Assembly: GCA_031459915.1 (NCBI GenBank)
Contig: JAVKHO010000004.1
Location: forward strand, 1 to 64,000
Reading direction: 5' to 3'
DNA length: 64,000 nt
Source of the DNA: Candidatus Tepidifontimicrobium thermophilum
GTDB lineage: Bacteria > Sysuimicrobiota > Sysuimicrobiia > Sysuimicrobiales > Sysuimicrobiaceae
Part shown: positions 27,353-35,459 of the stretch, piece by piece
Numbering within the stretch: position 1 is the first letter of the stretch
Layout: each line of letters opens with the position of its first letter
Translations under genes and position numbers: made by a program
Notes under the pieces: generated by a model
The model's database searches: none
Told to the model about the DNA's origin: nothing
The model's input: the letters and a program-made list of their open reading frames with translations, nothing else

Positions 27353-27766
27353 CTAGACTTTCGTCGGCGCCTGCCACGGCTTCTCCACGAAGGTGGTGCC
27401 CGCGTCGTCCTTGCTCGGGCAGTTCCCGTACGTGAAGATGAGCTCCGCGGTGTCCGTGGTGCTGAGGTTCTCCAGACCGTGGATCACCCCCGGCGGGACG
27501 AACACGAACTGGTTCTCCTCCACGACGTACTCCTTGCGCTCCTCCCCGATGTACAGCTTCAGCCGCCCCTTGCGCACGAAGAAGGCGGCCTCGCAGGTGT
27601 GGGTGTGAGCGGGGTTCCGGCCCCCCGGCGGCACGATGGTCCGGCCCATGGTGATGGTCTTCGAACCGACGCTGTGCTTGTCCACGCCGAAGGCGATCAC
27701 CAGCGGCGGCTCGTAGGTGACGTCCTTGCCGATCTTCTCCGAGTCCACGATGGCGAAGGTACTCAC
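27353..27766 (-). CDS. Cupin-domain protein
   Basis: HTHTCEAAF…IHGLEN. Confidence 0.88.
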   Translation of the reverse strand: MSTFAIVDSEKIGKDVTYEPPLVIAFGVDKHSVGSKTITMGRTIVPPGGRNPAHTHTCEAAFFVRKGRLKLYIGEERKEYVVEENQFVFVPPGVIHGLENLSTTDTAELIFTYGNCPSKDDAGTTFVEKPWQAPTKV

Positions 27767-27788
27767 GGTTCACCTCCTCGGTTCCGGC

Positions 27789-28280
27789 CTAGGGCAACCA
27801 CGGTCTCCAGGGCGCGCCGCCCCACAGGGCTCCGCCGGGTAACGGCACGCCGAACACCCCCACGAACAGGGCGTCAAACCCCAGCCCCACCAACAGCCCC
27901 GTGACCAACCACAGAGGCAGCCTGCCCGTCCCGCGGCCTCCCTGCAGGCCCTGTGCCGCTCCCGCCACCATCAGCGCCGTGGCCATCCAGAAGCCCAGCG
28001 AGACCAGAGCCAGGGCGTACAGGGTAGCGCCCAGGGCGAATGCCAGAACGTCCCTCGCTTCCCGCCAGCTCTCCCACAGCACCACCCGGTCGGGCCGGCG
28101 GATCCCCTCTTCCACCAACAGGACCCCCGACACCGCCATCACGCCTGCCGCCAGCCTCGGGAACAGCCACACCGCGGGGGTCCCACCGCGGGCGCCCCAG
28201 AAGGCGACCGCCGCCAGGACCAGGAGCAGCGCCCCGCCCACCACGCTGGCGTTGATCCGGATCTCCCCTCCCGACGCCAC
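27789..28280 (-). CDS. TTT small permease (TctB family)
   Basis: 4 TMs, WLFPR, LGFW, VPLPGG; directly downstream of TctA. Confidence 0.8.
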   Translation of the reverse strand: MASGGEIRINASVVGGALLLVLAAVAFWGARGGTPAVWLFPRLAAGVMAVSGVLLVEEGIRRPDRVVLWESWREARDVLAFALGATLYALALVSLGFWMATALMVAGAAQGLQGGRGTGRLPLWLVTGLLVGLGFDALFVGVFGVPLPGGALWGGAPWRPWLP

Positions 28281-28282
28281 CG

Positions 28283-29791
28283 CTACGCCTCCGCTGCGGC
28301 CGCCGCCTGCTGCGCCAGCTTCCAGCCGCGCAGCCCCCGCACCAGGGACCACACGCTCAGGACGATGAACAGAGCCGAGAACGGCCGGAGGAAGAACACC
28401 TCCAGCCAGGAGCCCCGCGCCTGCGCCAGGGTGAGGGAGGTGATCAGGGCCGGCTCGATGATGGGGCCCAACAGCAGTCCGAGGACGATGGGGCCGCTCT
28501 CAAACCCACACTTCCGTAGCACATACGCCAGCACGCCGAAACCCAGCATCATGCCTACGTCGAACACGCTGTTCCGCACCGCGAAGGAGCCCACCACGGC
28601 CAGGCTCAGAACCACGGGAGCCAGCACATGAACCGGGATCCGGATGACGAGCACCAGCAGACGGACCATCAGGAGCCCCACCGCGAACAGCACCAGACCC
28701 GAGACCAGGGTCGACCAGATGAAGGTGTACGTCATCGTCGCCTGCGGCCCGAACAGCTCCCGGCCCGGCTTGACCCCGTGGAGGAGGAGCGCGGCCAGGA
28801 TGACCGCCGCGGGCGCGGAGCCCGGGATGCCTAGCGTCAGGGTGGGGATCATGGCCGCGGGTGCCACGGAGTTGTTGGCTAGCTCCGGCGCGATCAGGCC
28901 CTCGACGGACCCCTTCCCCACCTCTGGATTTTTGCTAGAGCGCAACACCTCGTTGTAGGCCACCAGGGCTGCGATGGGGCCGCCCGTCCCCGGAACGATG
29001 CCCACGATGATGCCCACGAGGCTCGCCTTCAGCAGGAGGAAGGGACGGGTCAGGGTCTCCCGCAGGACCTCCCGCAGGGCGCCCGGCTGCGGTCGGTACT
29101 CCGCCACGTACTGCTCCTTCCGGCGCTGCTCCACCATCCGCAGGACCTCGGGAACCGTGAAGAACCCGATGAGGGCCACCACCAGCTCCACCCCGCCCTG
29201 CAGCTGGGGCAGACCGAAGGCGTACCGGACCCACCCCTCCGTCCGGGCCACGCCCACGGTGCTCAACAGCAGGCCGAGGGAAGCACCCGCGATGCCTTTC
29301 AGCAAGGACTTGCCCGTCAGGGAGGCCATGATGGTGAGCCCGAACACGCCGACCCAGAACACCTCCGGAGGCCCGAACCGCAGGGACAGGACGGCCAGCG
29401 GCGCAGCGAGGAGCAGCAGGGACAGCCCCCCCGTGAGCTGGCCCAGGGCGGAGGCCACCAGCGCCGTGAGCAGGGCCTGATGCGCTTTCCCCTTCTTCGT
29501 AAGCTTATGTCCCTCGATGGCCGTCGCCACCGCCGCGGGAGTTCCCGGGGTGGCGATCAGACACGCAGGGACCGCGTCCCCGAAGGCCGCTGCCCCGTAC
29601 AGGGCGCCCATGAGCACCAGGGCACTGGTGGCGTCCATCACGAAGGTGAAGGGCAGCAGGACCGTCAGCCCCATGGTGGCGGTGAACCCGGGCAGGGCGC
29701 CCACCACGGAGCCCACCGCCACCCCCACCGCCATGAGCAGCAGGTAGTACGGGGACAGGACGTTCAGCAGTCCCTGCAGAACCGGGTCCAC
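28283..29791 (-). CDS. TTT large permease (TctA family)
   Basis: GALPG, TPGTPAAVATAIEG, GLIAPELANN, TLTLGIPGS. Confidence 0.93.
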   Translation of the reverse strand: MDPVLQGLLNVLSPYYLLLMAVGVAVGSVVGALPGFTATMGLTVLLPFTFVMDATSALVLMGALYGAAAFGDAVPACLIATPGTPAAVATAIEGHKLTKKGKAHQALLTALVASALGQLTGGLSLLLLAAPLAVLSLRFGPPEVFWVGVFGLTIMASLTGKSLLKGIAGASLGLLLSTVGVARTEGWVRYAFGLPQLQGGVELVVALIGFFTVPEVLRMVEQRRKEQYVAEYRPQPGALREVLRETLTRPFLLLKASLVGIIVGIVPGTGGPIAALVAYNEVLRSSKNPEVGKGSVEGLIAPELANNSVAPAAMIPTLTLGIPGSAPAAVILAALLLHGVKPGRELFGPQATMTYTFIWSTLVSGLVLFAVGLLMVRLLVLVIRIPVHVLAPVVLSLAVVGSFAVRNSVFDVGMMLGFGVLAYVLRKCGFESGPIVLGLLLGPIIEPALITSLTLAQARGSWLEVFFLRPFSALFIVLSVWSLVRGLRGWKLAQQAAAAAEA

Positions 29792-29815
29792 CTCGGGGCC
29801 TCCTCCGAGGAGCGG

Positions 29816-30796
29816 TTAACGCAAGAGCTGGACCAGGTCCCGGTACGTGGCCACCAGCCGGTTGACGTACGCCTGGGACTCCGCGGGGCCGTAGTACAGG
29901 GGCGTCAGCCCCTCCTCCTCCACCGCTTTGCGGATCTCCGGCATGCGCATCACCTGCAGCAGGGCCTGCGACAGGCGCGTGACCACCTCCGCGGGTACGC
30001 CCGCAGGGGCGCCCACGCCCCACGAGGTCTCCACGGTGACGTTGTAGCCGAACTCGGAGAAGGTGGGCACGTCCGGTGCGGCCTTCAGCCGCTGCTTGCC
30101 GCTGACGGCCAGGATGCGCACCTGGTCCTTGTACCGGATCCCGTGGGAAGCCGCCGTGGTGGCCGCGTCCACGTGGCCACCCATGAGGCTGGTCATCACG
30201 GGCCCGGCACCGCCCGCGATGGGCACGTAGGTGAGGCGGATCCCCGCGGCCTGCATGAACTGGGCCAGGCTCAGGTCCGAGGGCGACAGCCGCTCCACCC
30301 CGCCCACCGCCAGCTTGCCGGGGTTGGCCTTGGCGTACTCCACGAAGTCCCGGAGGGTCCGGAAGGGGCTGTCCTTACGCACCATGAGGGCGTTGGGGGC
30401 CGCCACCGTCCACGCGATGGACCGGATCTGGTCCAGGCGGTATCCCGCCTCCGCCCCCCGCAGCAGCGTCTGGATGACCATGTGGGGCATCACCAGCCCC
30501 CCCACGGTGTAGCCGTCCGGCCGGGCCCGGGCCAGTTCCGACCATCCCACCGCCCCGCCCCCGCCGGTGCGGTACTCCACCAGGATGCGCACACCCAGCA
30601 GCTTCTCCAGGTGCGGCTGGACCCGACGGACCTCCACGTCGGACTGGCCGCCCGGCGCGAAGGCTACCAGCCACGTGATGGGCCGCGTCGGGTACGCAGA
30701 CGGCGCTCCCGCCGCCGCCCACACCAGGCAGAGAGCCAGACCCGCCGCCAGTACGGCGGTCAGGACCCCTCGCCACGTCCCTCGCATCCGATTCAC
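29816..30796 (-). CDS. TTT substrate-binding protein (TctC/Bug family)
   Basis: Signal peptide, YPTRPI…FAPGGQSD, PDGYT, PDVPTFSEFG. Confidence 0.92.
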   Translation of the reverse strand: MNRMRGTWRGVLTAVLAAGLALCLVWAAAGAPSAYPTRPITWLVAFAPGGQSDVEVRRVQPHLEKLLGVRILVEYRTGGGGAVGWSELARARPDGYTVGGLVMPHMVIQTLLRGAEAGYRLDQIRSIAWTVAAPNALMVRKDSPFRTLRDFVEYAKANPGKLAVGGVERLSPSDLSLAQFMQAAGIRLTYVPIAGGAGPVMTSLMGGHVDAATTAASHGIRYKDQVRILAVSGKQRLKAAPDVPTFSEFGYNVTVETSWGVGAPAGVPAEVVTRLSQALLQVMRMPEIRKAVEEEGLTPLYYGPAESQAYVNRLVATYRDLVQLLR

Positions 30797-30813
30797 CCCC
30801 TCTTACCGTTTGG

Positions 30814-31149
30814 CTAGATCCGGTGTCCCCGGCCGTCCACCAGGGCCTTGCAGCTCAGCACCTCGCTGTCCTCCAGGGCCGTCACCTGGTGTGGCAGGTT
30901 GGGCGGCGCCAGGAAGCCCTGCCCGGGCCCGAGTTCCCGGGTCTCGTCGCCTAGGGTCGCCCGCAGCCGGCCCCGCAGGACCACCATGATCTGCTCCTGC
31001 GGGTGCGCGTGCGGGACGGCTCCCTCGCCCGCGCGGAAGCGCAGGCGGCCCACCTCGATCTGGGAGCCGGTCACCAGCGGCCCGAAGGCCTTCGAGTACT
31101 TGGGCGTCACGTACTCCGCCTGCAGCTCGTCGAAGTCAAAAAACGGCAT
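30814..31149 (-). CDS. Cupin-domain protein (paralogue of 26982-27341)
   Basis: HAHPQEQ…PHQV. Confidence 0.88.
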   Translation of the reverse strand: MPFFDFDELQAEYVTPKYSKAFGPLVTGSQIEVGRLRFRAGEGAVPHAHPQEQIMVVLRGRLRATLGDETRELGPGQGFLAPPNLPHQVTALEDSEVLSCKALVDGRGHRI

Positions 31150-31159
31150 CCTCTCCTCC

Positions 31160-32407
31160 TCACGAACCCTTCACGGGCTGCGCCGCACCCAGCACGGCCT
31201 CCGCGATCTGCACGAACTCCTCCCGGGTGAGCAGTCCCTTCTTCGCCAGGGAGCGCTCCTTCACCCGTACCAGGATCTCGTCCACCCGCGGGTCGTCGGG
31301 CCGCAGCGTGTAGCCTACCTCGCTGAGGAAGTACAGCACCGAGTCCCGGCCGCTGCCCTTGCCCAGCACCACCTCCGCGGGAGGCTGGCCTACCAGCTCC
31401 CAGTGGAAGGGGAACAGTTCCACGGGCCTCTTGTCCTTCAGCCGAACCAGCCACGTGGCGATGATCCCCGACTCCACCTGGAACAGCCGGTCCCCCACCA
31501 CCGCCCGGTTGGGCGGCACGGGGACCTGCGCCAGTTCCCGCACCAGCCTGGATAGTTCGTACAGCTTCTCGTAGCGCAGCCCCGTGTCCACCCCGTACAG
31601 GGTCAGCAGCGCCAGCGCCAGGTCCTCCAGGGCGCAGTTGCCCGCCCGCTCGCCCAGCCCGGTGACCGTCACGTGGGCCGTCTGCACGCCCAGGCTGAGC
31701 GCCATGAGGGTGTTGGCCACCGCCATCCCGAAGTCGTCGTGGAAGTGCGCCTCCAGGGGCTTGCGGATGTGCTGCTGCACGAACCGGGTGAAGTACTGGA
31801 TCGCGTGAGGGCTGCTGCCCCCGAAGGTGTCCACCAGCACCAGGGCGTCCATGTGCCCGTGGGTGGAGACCTCCTCGATGAGCCGCACGAACCACTCCGG
31901 CTCCGAGCGGGTGGCGTCGATGGGGAAGAACACCACCTCCAGGCCCTGTTCGTGGGCGAACCGCGTGGCCTCCACCGAGAGGTCGATGGCCCGCTGCGGC
32001 TCCCACTGGTAGGCCAGCTCGATGATGTGCTGGCTGCTGGGGATCTCTACCACCACGCCCTTGACCCCGCAGTCCACCGCCTGCTGCACGTCCGACACCA
32101 GGCACCGGCTGAAGGCGTACACCTTCGGACCCAGGTCCCGCCTGGCGATGGCCTCCACCGCGGCCCGGTCCGCCCGCGACACCATGGGCAGCCCCGCCTC
32201 GATCCGGTGGACCCCCGCCTCCGCCAGCTTCTCCGCGATCCGGATCTTGTCGTCGGTGGTGAACACCACCCCCGCCTGCTGTTCCCCGTCCCGCAGGGTC
32301 ACGTCGTGGAACTCCACCTTCGGCGGGAAATGCAGCTGCGCGCGGACCTCCGGCGCGTAGTTGTGGGGGCTGGTGAACCAGCGTTCCGTCATCCACGGGG
32401 TCGTCAT
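31160..32407 (-). CDS. DRE-TIM metallolyase (isopropylmalate/homocitrate/citramalate synthase-like, no regulatory domain)
   Basis: DVTLRDGEQ, HFHDDFGMAVAN, GLGERAGN, VESGI, LGKGSG. Confidence 0.9.
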   Translation of the reverse strand: MTTPWMTERWFTSPHNYAPEVRAQLHFPPKVEFHDVTLRDGEQQAGVVFTTDDKIRIAEKLAEAGVHRIEAGLPMVSRADRAAVEAIARRDLGPKVYAFSRCLVSDVQQAVDCGVKGVVVEIPSSQHIIELAYQWEPQRAIDLSVEATRFAHEQGLEVVFFPIDATRSEPEWFVRLIEEVSTHGHMDALVLVDTFGGSSPHAIQYFTRFVQQHIRKPLEAHFHDDFGMAVANTLMALSLGVQTAHVTVTGLGERAGNCALEDLALALLTLYGVDTGLRYEKLYELSRLVRELAQVPVPPNRAVVGDRLFQVESGIIATWLVRLKDKRPVELFPFHWELVGQPPAEVVLGKGSGRDSVLYFLSEVGYTLRPDDPRVDEILVRVKERSLAKKGLLTREEFVQIAEAVLGAAQPVKGS

Positions 32408-32416
32408 CTCGCCCTC

Positions 32417-33415
32417 CTACGCGGGGACTCCCGCCACCCGGTTCACCGGGTAGCGGGGCGCTTGTCCGGTCAGTACCCGTACCACCTCCTCCGCAGCCTT
32501 GCGCTGCAGCTCCTGCAGCGACTCCTCGGAGTAGAAGGCCACGTGGGGCGTGAGGATCACGCGGTCCAGTCGGAGCAGGGGATCCTCGGGCGGAGGGGGC
32601 TCCGTGGGGAGCACATCCAACGCGGCCCCCGCGATCCACCCCCGCTCCAGGGCCCGCACCAGGGCGCCCTCGTCCACGATCCGGCCCCGGGCGGTGTTCA
32701 CGAGGTACGCGGTGGGCTTCATCCACCGCAGCGCCGCCTCGTCGATCAGCCCCTCCGTTTGGGGTGTGAGGGGCGCGTGCACCGACACGTAGTCCGACCG
32801 CTGCAGCAGGTCCCTTAGCCCCGCGGGCTCCACTCCCAGCTCCCGCATGACCGCCGGGTCCACGTACGGGTCGAAGCTCAACACCCGCATTCCGAAGGCC
32901 TGCGCCTTGCGGGCCACCAGGCGCGGGATCTTGCCGAACCCCACCAGGCCCAGGACCTGACCCGACAGCCTGTGGACGGGGACCGCGTCCCGGGCGTCCC
33001 AACGCCCCGCCCGCACGTTGCGATCCAGCCACACCACCTTCCGGGCGCACGCCAGGACCAGGGCCAGGGCGTGGTCGCTCACCTCGTCCACGCAGTAGTC
33101 CGGGACGTTGGTCACCACGATGCCGCGCGCGGTGGCGGTGCGCACGTCCACGTTATCGACGCCGATCCCGTACCGGGCGATGATGCGGCACCGCCGCGCG
33201 GCCTCCACCACCCGCGCGGTGACTGGGGCGAAGCACACGAGGAGGGCGTCCGCGTCTGCGACGGGTTCCAGGAGCTCGTCGTCCCGGTGCGCCTGCAGGG
33301 CGACCAGGTCGGCCCCGATCTCCCCCAGGATCCTCCGCTCCACCTCCAGATGGGGAAAGACGGAGTCCGTGACAACGACCTTGAACCGACCGCTACCCAC
33401 CGCGCTCCCGCTCAT
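32417..33415 (-). CDS. D-2-hydroxyacid dehydrogenase (CtBP-like subfamily)
   Basis: RYGIGVDNVD, NVPDYCVDEVSDHA, GFGKI, NTARG, TPHVAFYSEES. Confidence 0.93.
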   Translation of the reverse strand: MSGSAVGSGRFKVVVTDSVFPHLEVERRILGEIGADLVALQAHRDDELLEPVADADALLVCFAPVTARVVEAARRCRIIARYGIGVDNVDVRTATARGIVVTNVPDYCVDEVSDHALALVLACARKVVWLDRNVRAGRWDARDAVPVHRLSGQVLGLVGFGKIPRLVARKAQAFGMRVLSFDPYVDPAVMRELGVEPAGLRDLLQRSDYVSVHAPLTPQTEGLIDEAALRWMKPTAYLVNTARGRIVDEGALVRALERGWIAGAALDVLPTEPPPPEDPLLRLDRVILTPHVAFYSEESLQELQRKAAEEVVRVLTGQAPRYPVNRVAGVPA

Positions 33416-34103
33416 CCGCCTTGCGCTCCCGGCGCAGGTAGTCCACCAGCATGCGGCACGCGATCCCCAGGTGCTCCTCCAGCGCGGCCACCGCGCCGGC
33501 GGCGTCCCGGCGGCGGACCGCCTCCAGGATCTTTCGGTGCTCCCGCTGCGAGTACTGCTTGCGCTGCATCACGGAGATGTACAGGCGCAGGTAGCGGTCC
33601 ACGTTCGTCCGCAGGGTACGGATGAGGTTCAGCAGGCGCTGCCGTCGGGATGGGGCGTACAGCACCGCGTGGAACTCCGTGTTCAGCTCGCTCCAGGCGG
33701 AGGGGTCGCCCTCTGCGTCGATGGCATCCAGGATCCGCTCCGCACGCTCCAGGTCCTCGTCCGTGAGGTGGGGAAAGGCCAGCCGGAGGGCCTGGCACTC
33801 CAGGGGGATCCGGATCTCGTACAGCTCCTCCACTTCCTCGGGGCTGAGTTCCGATACTTCGAAACCCCGGTAGGGCCGCAGACGCACGAGGCCCTCCGCC
33901 TCCAGCTGGCGCAGGGCCTCTCGGACGGGGATGTGGCTGACGCCCAGCTCGCGTGCGATCTCGTCCTGTCGAAGCTGCTGGCCGGCTAGTAAGATGCCGC
34001 GGAGGATGGCCTCGCGGAGGACGTCGGCCACCATCGCGGGGGTGCTCCTGGGCCCAGGGGAGTTGGCCTCCACCAGCGACCGAAGGTCCCCTCTGGACGT
34101 CAC
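33393..34103 (-). CDS. GntR family (FCD) transcriptional regulator
   Basis: LRQDEIARELGVSHIPVREALRQL; NTEFH, EHRKI. Confidence 0.93.
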   Translation of the reverse strand: MTSRGDLRSLVEANSPGPRSTPAMVADVLREAILRGILLAGQQLRQDEIARELGVSHIPVREALRQLEAEGLVRLRPYRGFEVSELSPEEVEELYEIRIPLECQALRLAFPHLTDEDLERAERILDAIDAEGDPSAWSELNTEFHAVLYAPSRRQRLLNLIRTLRTNVDRYLRLYISVMQRKQYSQREHRKILEAVRRRDAAGAVAALEEHLGIACRMLVDYLRRERKADERERGG

Positions 34104-34107
34104 GCCG

Positions 34108-34138
34108 ATATGCTATAGCATATACCCCACAGCGTCAA
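34108..34138 (-). promoter_or_regulatory. Promoter TTGACG-17-TAGCAT overlapped by the perfect palindrome ATATGCTATAGCATAT (candidate GntR operator)
   Basis: -35 at 34138-34133, -10 at 34115-34110, palindrome 34108-34123. Confidence 0.7.
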
Positions 34139-34172
34139 CGGATTCAGCCCGGCAGGAGCCGGACCAGCGCAG

Positions 34173-35417
34173 GTGGAACGGGTGGTGACCGTGGACGGTC
34201 GGGACTCTCACACCCCTTTCCGCACCAAGCTGGCGCTCCCTACTCTGGCTCTGGCCTGGCTGGCGGCCGTCAACGGCCGAGCACCCCAGCTCAGCGTGGG
34301 GCCGACCCTCCCCCTGGTGACGCGGGACCTGGGTCTGCCTTCGACTCTGGCGGGTCTGGCGGTGGGGCTGCCGTTGTTGCTCATGGGACTGCTGGCCCTC
34401 CCCGGCGGCTGGTTGGTAGACCGCGTGGGAGCTGGACGGGCGCTGGCAGTCGCGCTTGCCGCGGTGGCCGCAGGAGGGGCAGGACGCGGGTTCGCTACCA
34501 GCCCGGAGGCCTTCGTCCTGGCCACCGCGGTTCTCGGGACCGGCATCGCCGCCATGCAGCCCGCACTGCCCGCCCTGGCCAGGGCGGCCCTCCCCCACCG
34601 GCCCGCCCTGGCCACCGCGGTGTACTTCAACGGGCTCATCCTGGGCGTGTTCGCAGGAGCTGCCTTGGTCCCTGCCTTCCTGCGCCTCAGCGGAGCGGCC
34701 AGCTGGCGGGGAGTTTACTGGATCTGGGGCGCGTACGGGCTGGCCTGCGCTCTGCTGTGGTGGGGATTCTCCAACCGGTCCGGCGCAGGCGTGGCCCCCC
34801 GCTTCAACCCTCGCCCGCCGCACCTGGTCCACGCGGTACGGGAGTCCTTCCGCATCCCTGGCTTCACCGCCACGGCCGTGGCCTTCGGAGCGCAGAGCGC
34901 GATCTTCTACGGCTTCGTGGGCTGGCTGCCCACCGAGCTCGTGCGGGCGGGCTGGACCGTGGGGCAGGCGAGCGGACCCGCGTCCCTGGTGGCGGTGGGT
35001 GCGCTGGTGGCGGGCTTCGGGACCCCCGCCCTGGTGGACGTGGCAGGTCGCAGGCCGGTATTCGTAGGTGCCGGGCTGGTGTGCACCCTGGCCGCCACCG
35101 GCGTCCTGGTGGCCGCGACCTCGGCCCCGTGGTTGTGGGCGTTTCTCGCAGGTTTCGGTACCACCGTGGCCTTCGGTGCGGCCCTGGCCGTCCCTGCAGA
35201 GGTGGCACCCACCGACCGCGTGGGCGTGGTGGCTGGTAGCCTGCTCACCCTGGGGTACGTGATGTCCGCCCTCGGACCGGTGCCCATGGGGGCTCTGCTG
35301 GATCTCACAGGGGCCACCGGGCCCAGCTGGGCGTACATGGTCCTGGTGGGCCTGCTCCTGACCGCGGCGGGCAGTCGGGTGCCGGCGCGGCCTGCTCCCC
35401 CTTCCGGCCCCGCGTAA
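34173..35417 (+). CDS. MFS transporter (CynX/NimT-like)
   Basis: AVNGRAPQLSVGPTLP, WLPT, GYVMSALGP; about 12 TMs. Confidence 0.85.
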   Translation: MERVVTVDGRDSHTPFRTKLALPTLALAWLAAVNGRAPQLSVGPTLPLVTRDLGLPSTLAGLAVGLPLLLMGLLALPGGWLVDRVGAGRALAVALAAVAAGGAGRGFATSPEAFVLATAVLGTGIAAMQPALPALARAALPHRPALATAVYFNGLILGVFAGAALVPAFLRLSGAASWRGVYWIWGAYGLACALLWWGFSNRSGAGVAPRFNPRPPHLVHAVRESFRIPGFTATAVAFGAQSAIFYGFVGWLPTELVRAGWTVGQASGPASLVAVGALVAGFGTPALVDVAGRRPVFVGAGLVCTLAATGVLVAATSAPWLWAFLAGFGTTVAFGAALAVPAEVAPTDRVGVVAGSLLTLGYVMSALGPVPMGALLDLTGATGPSWAYMVLVGLLLTAAGSRVPARPAPPSGPA

Positions 35418-35459
35418 GCCGTCCGCGACGGACCCAAAACCCGTTTTGCCCGGCCGGGT

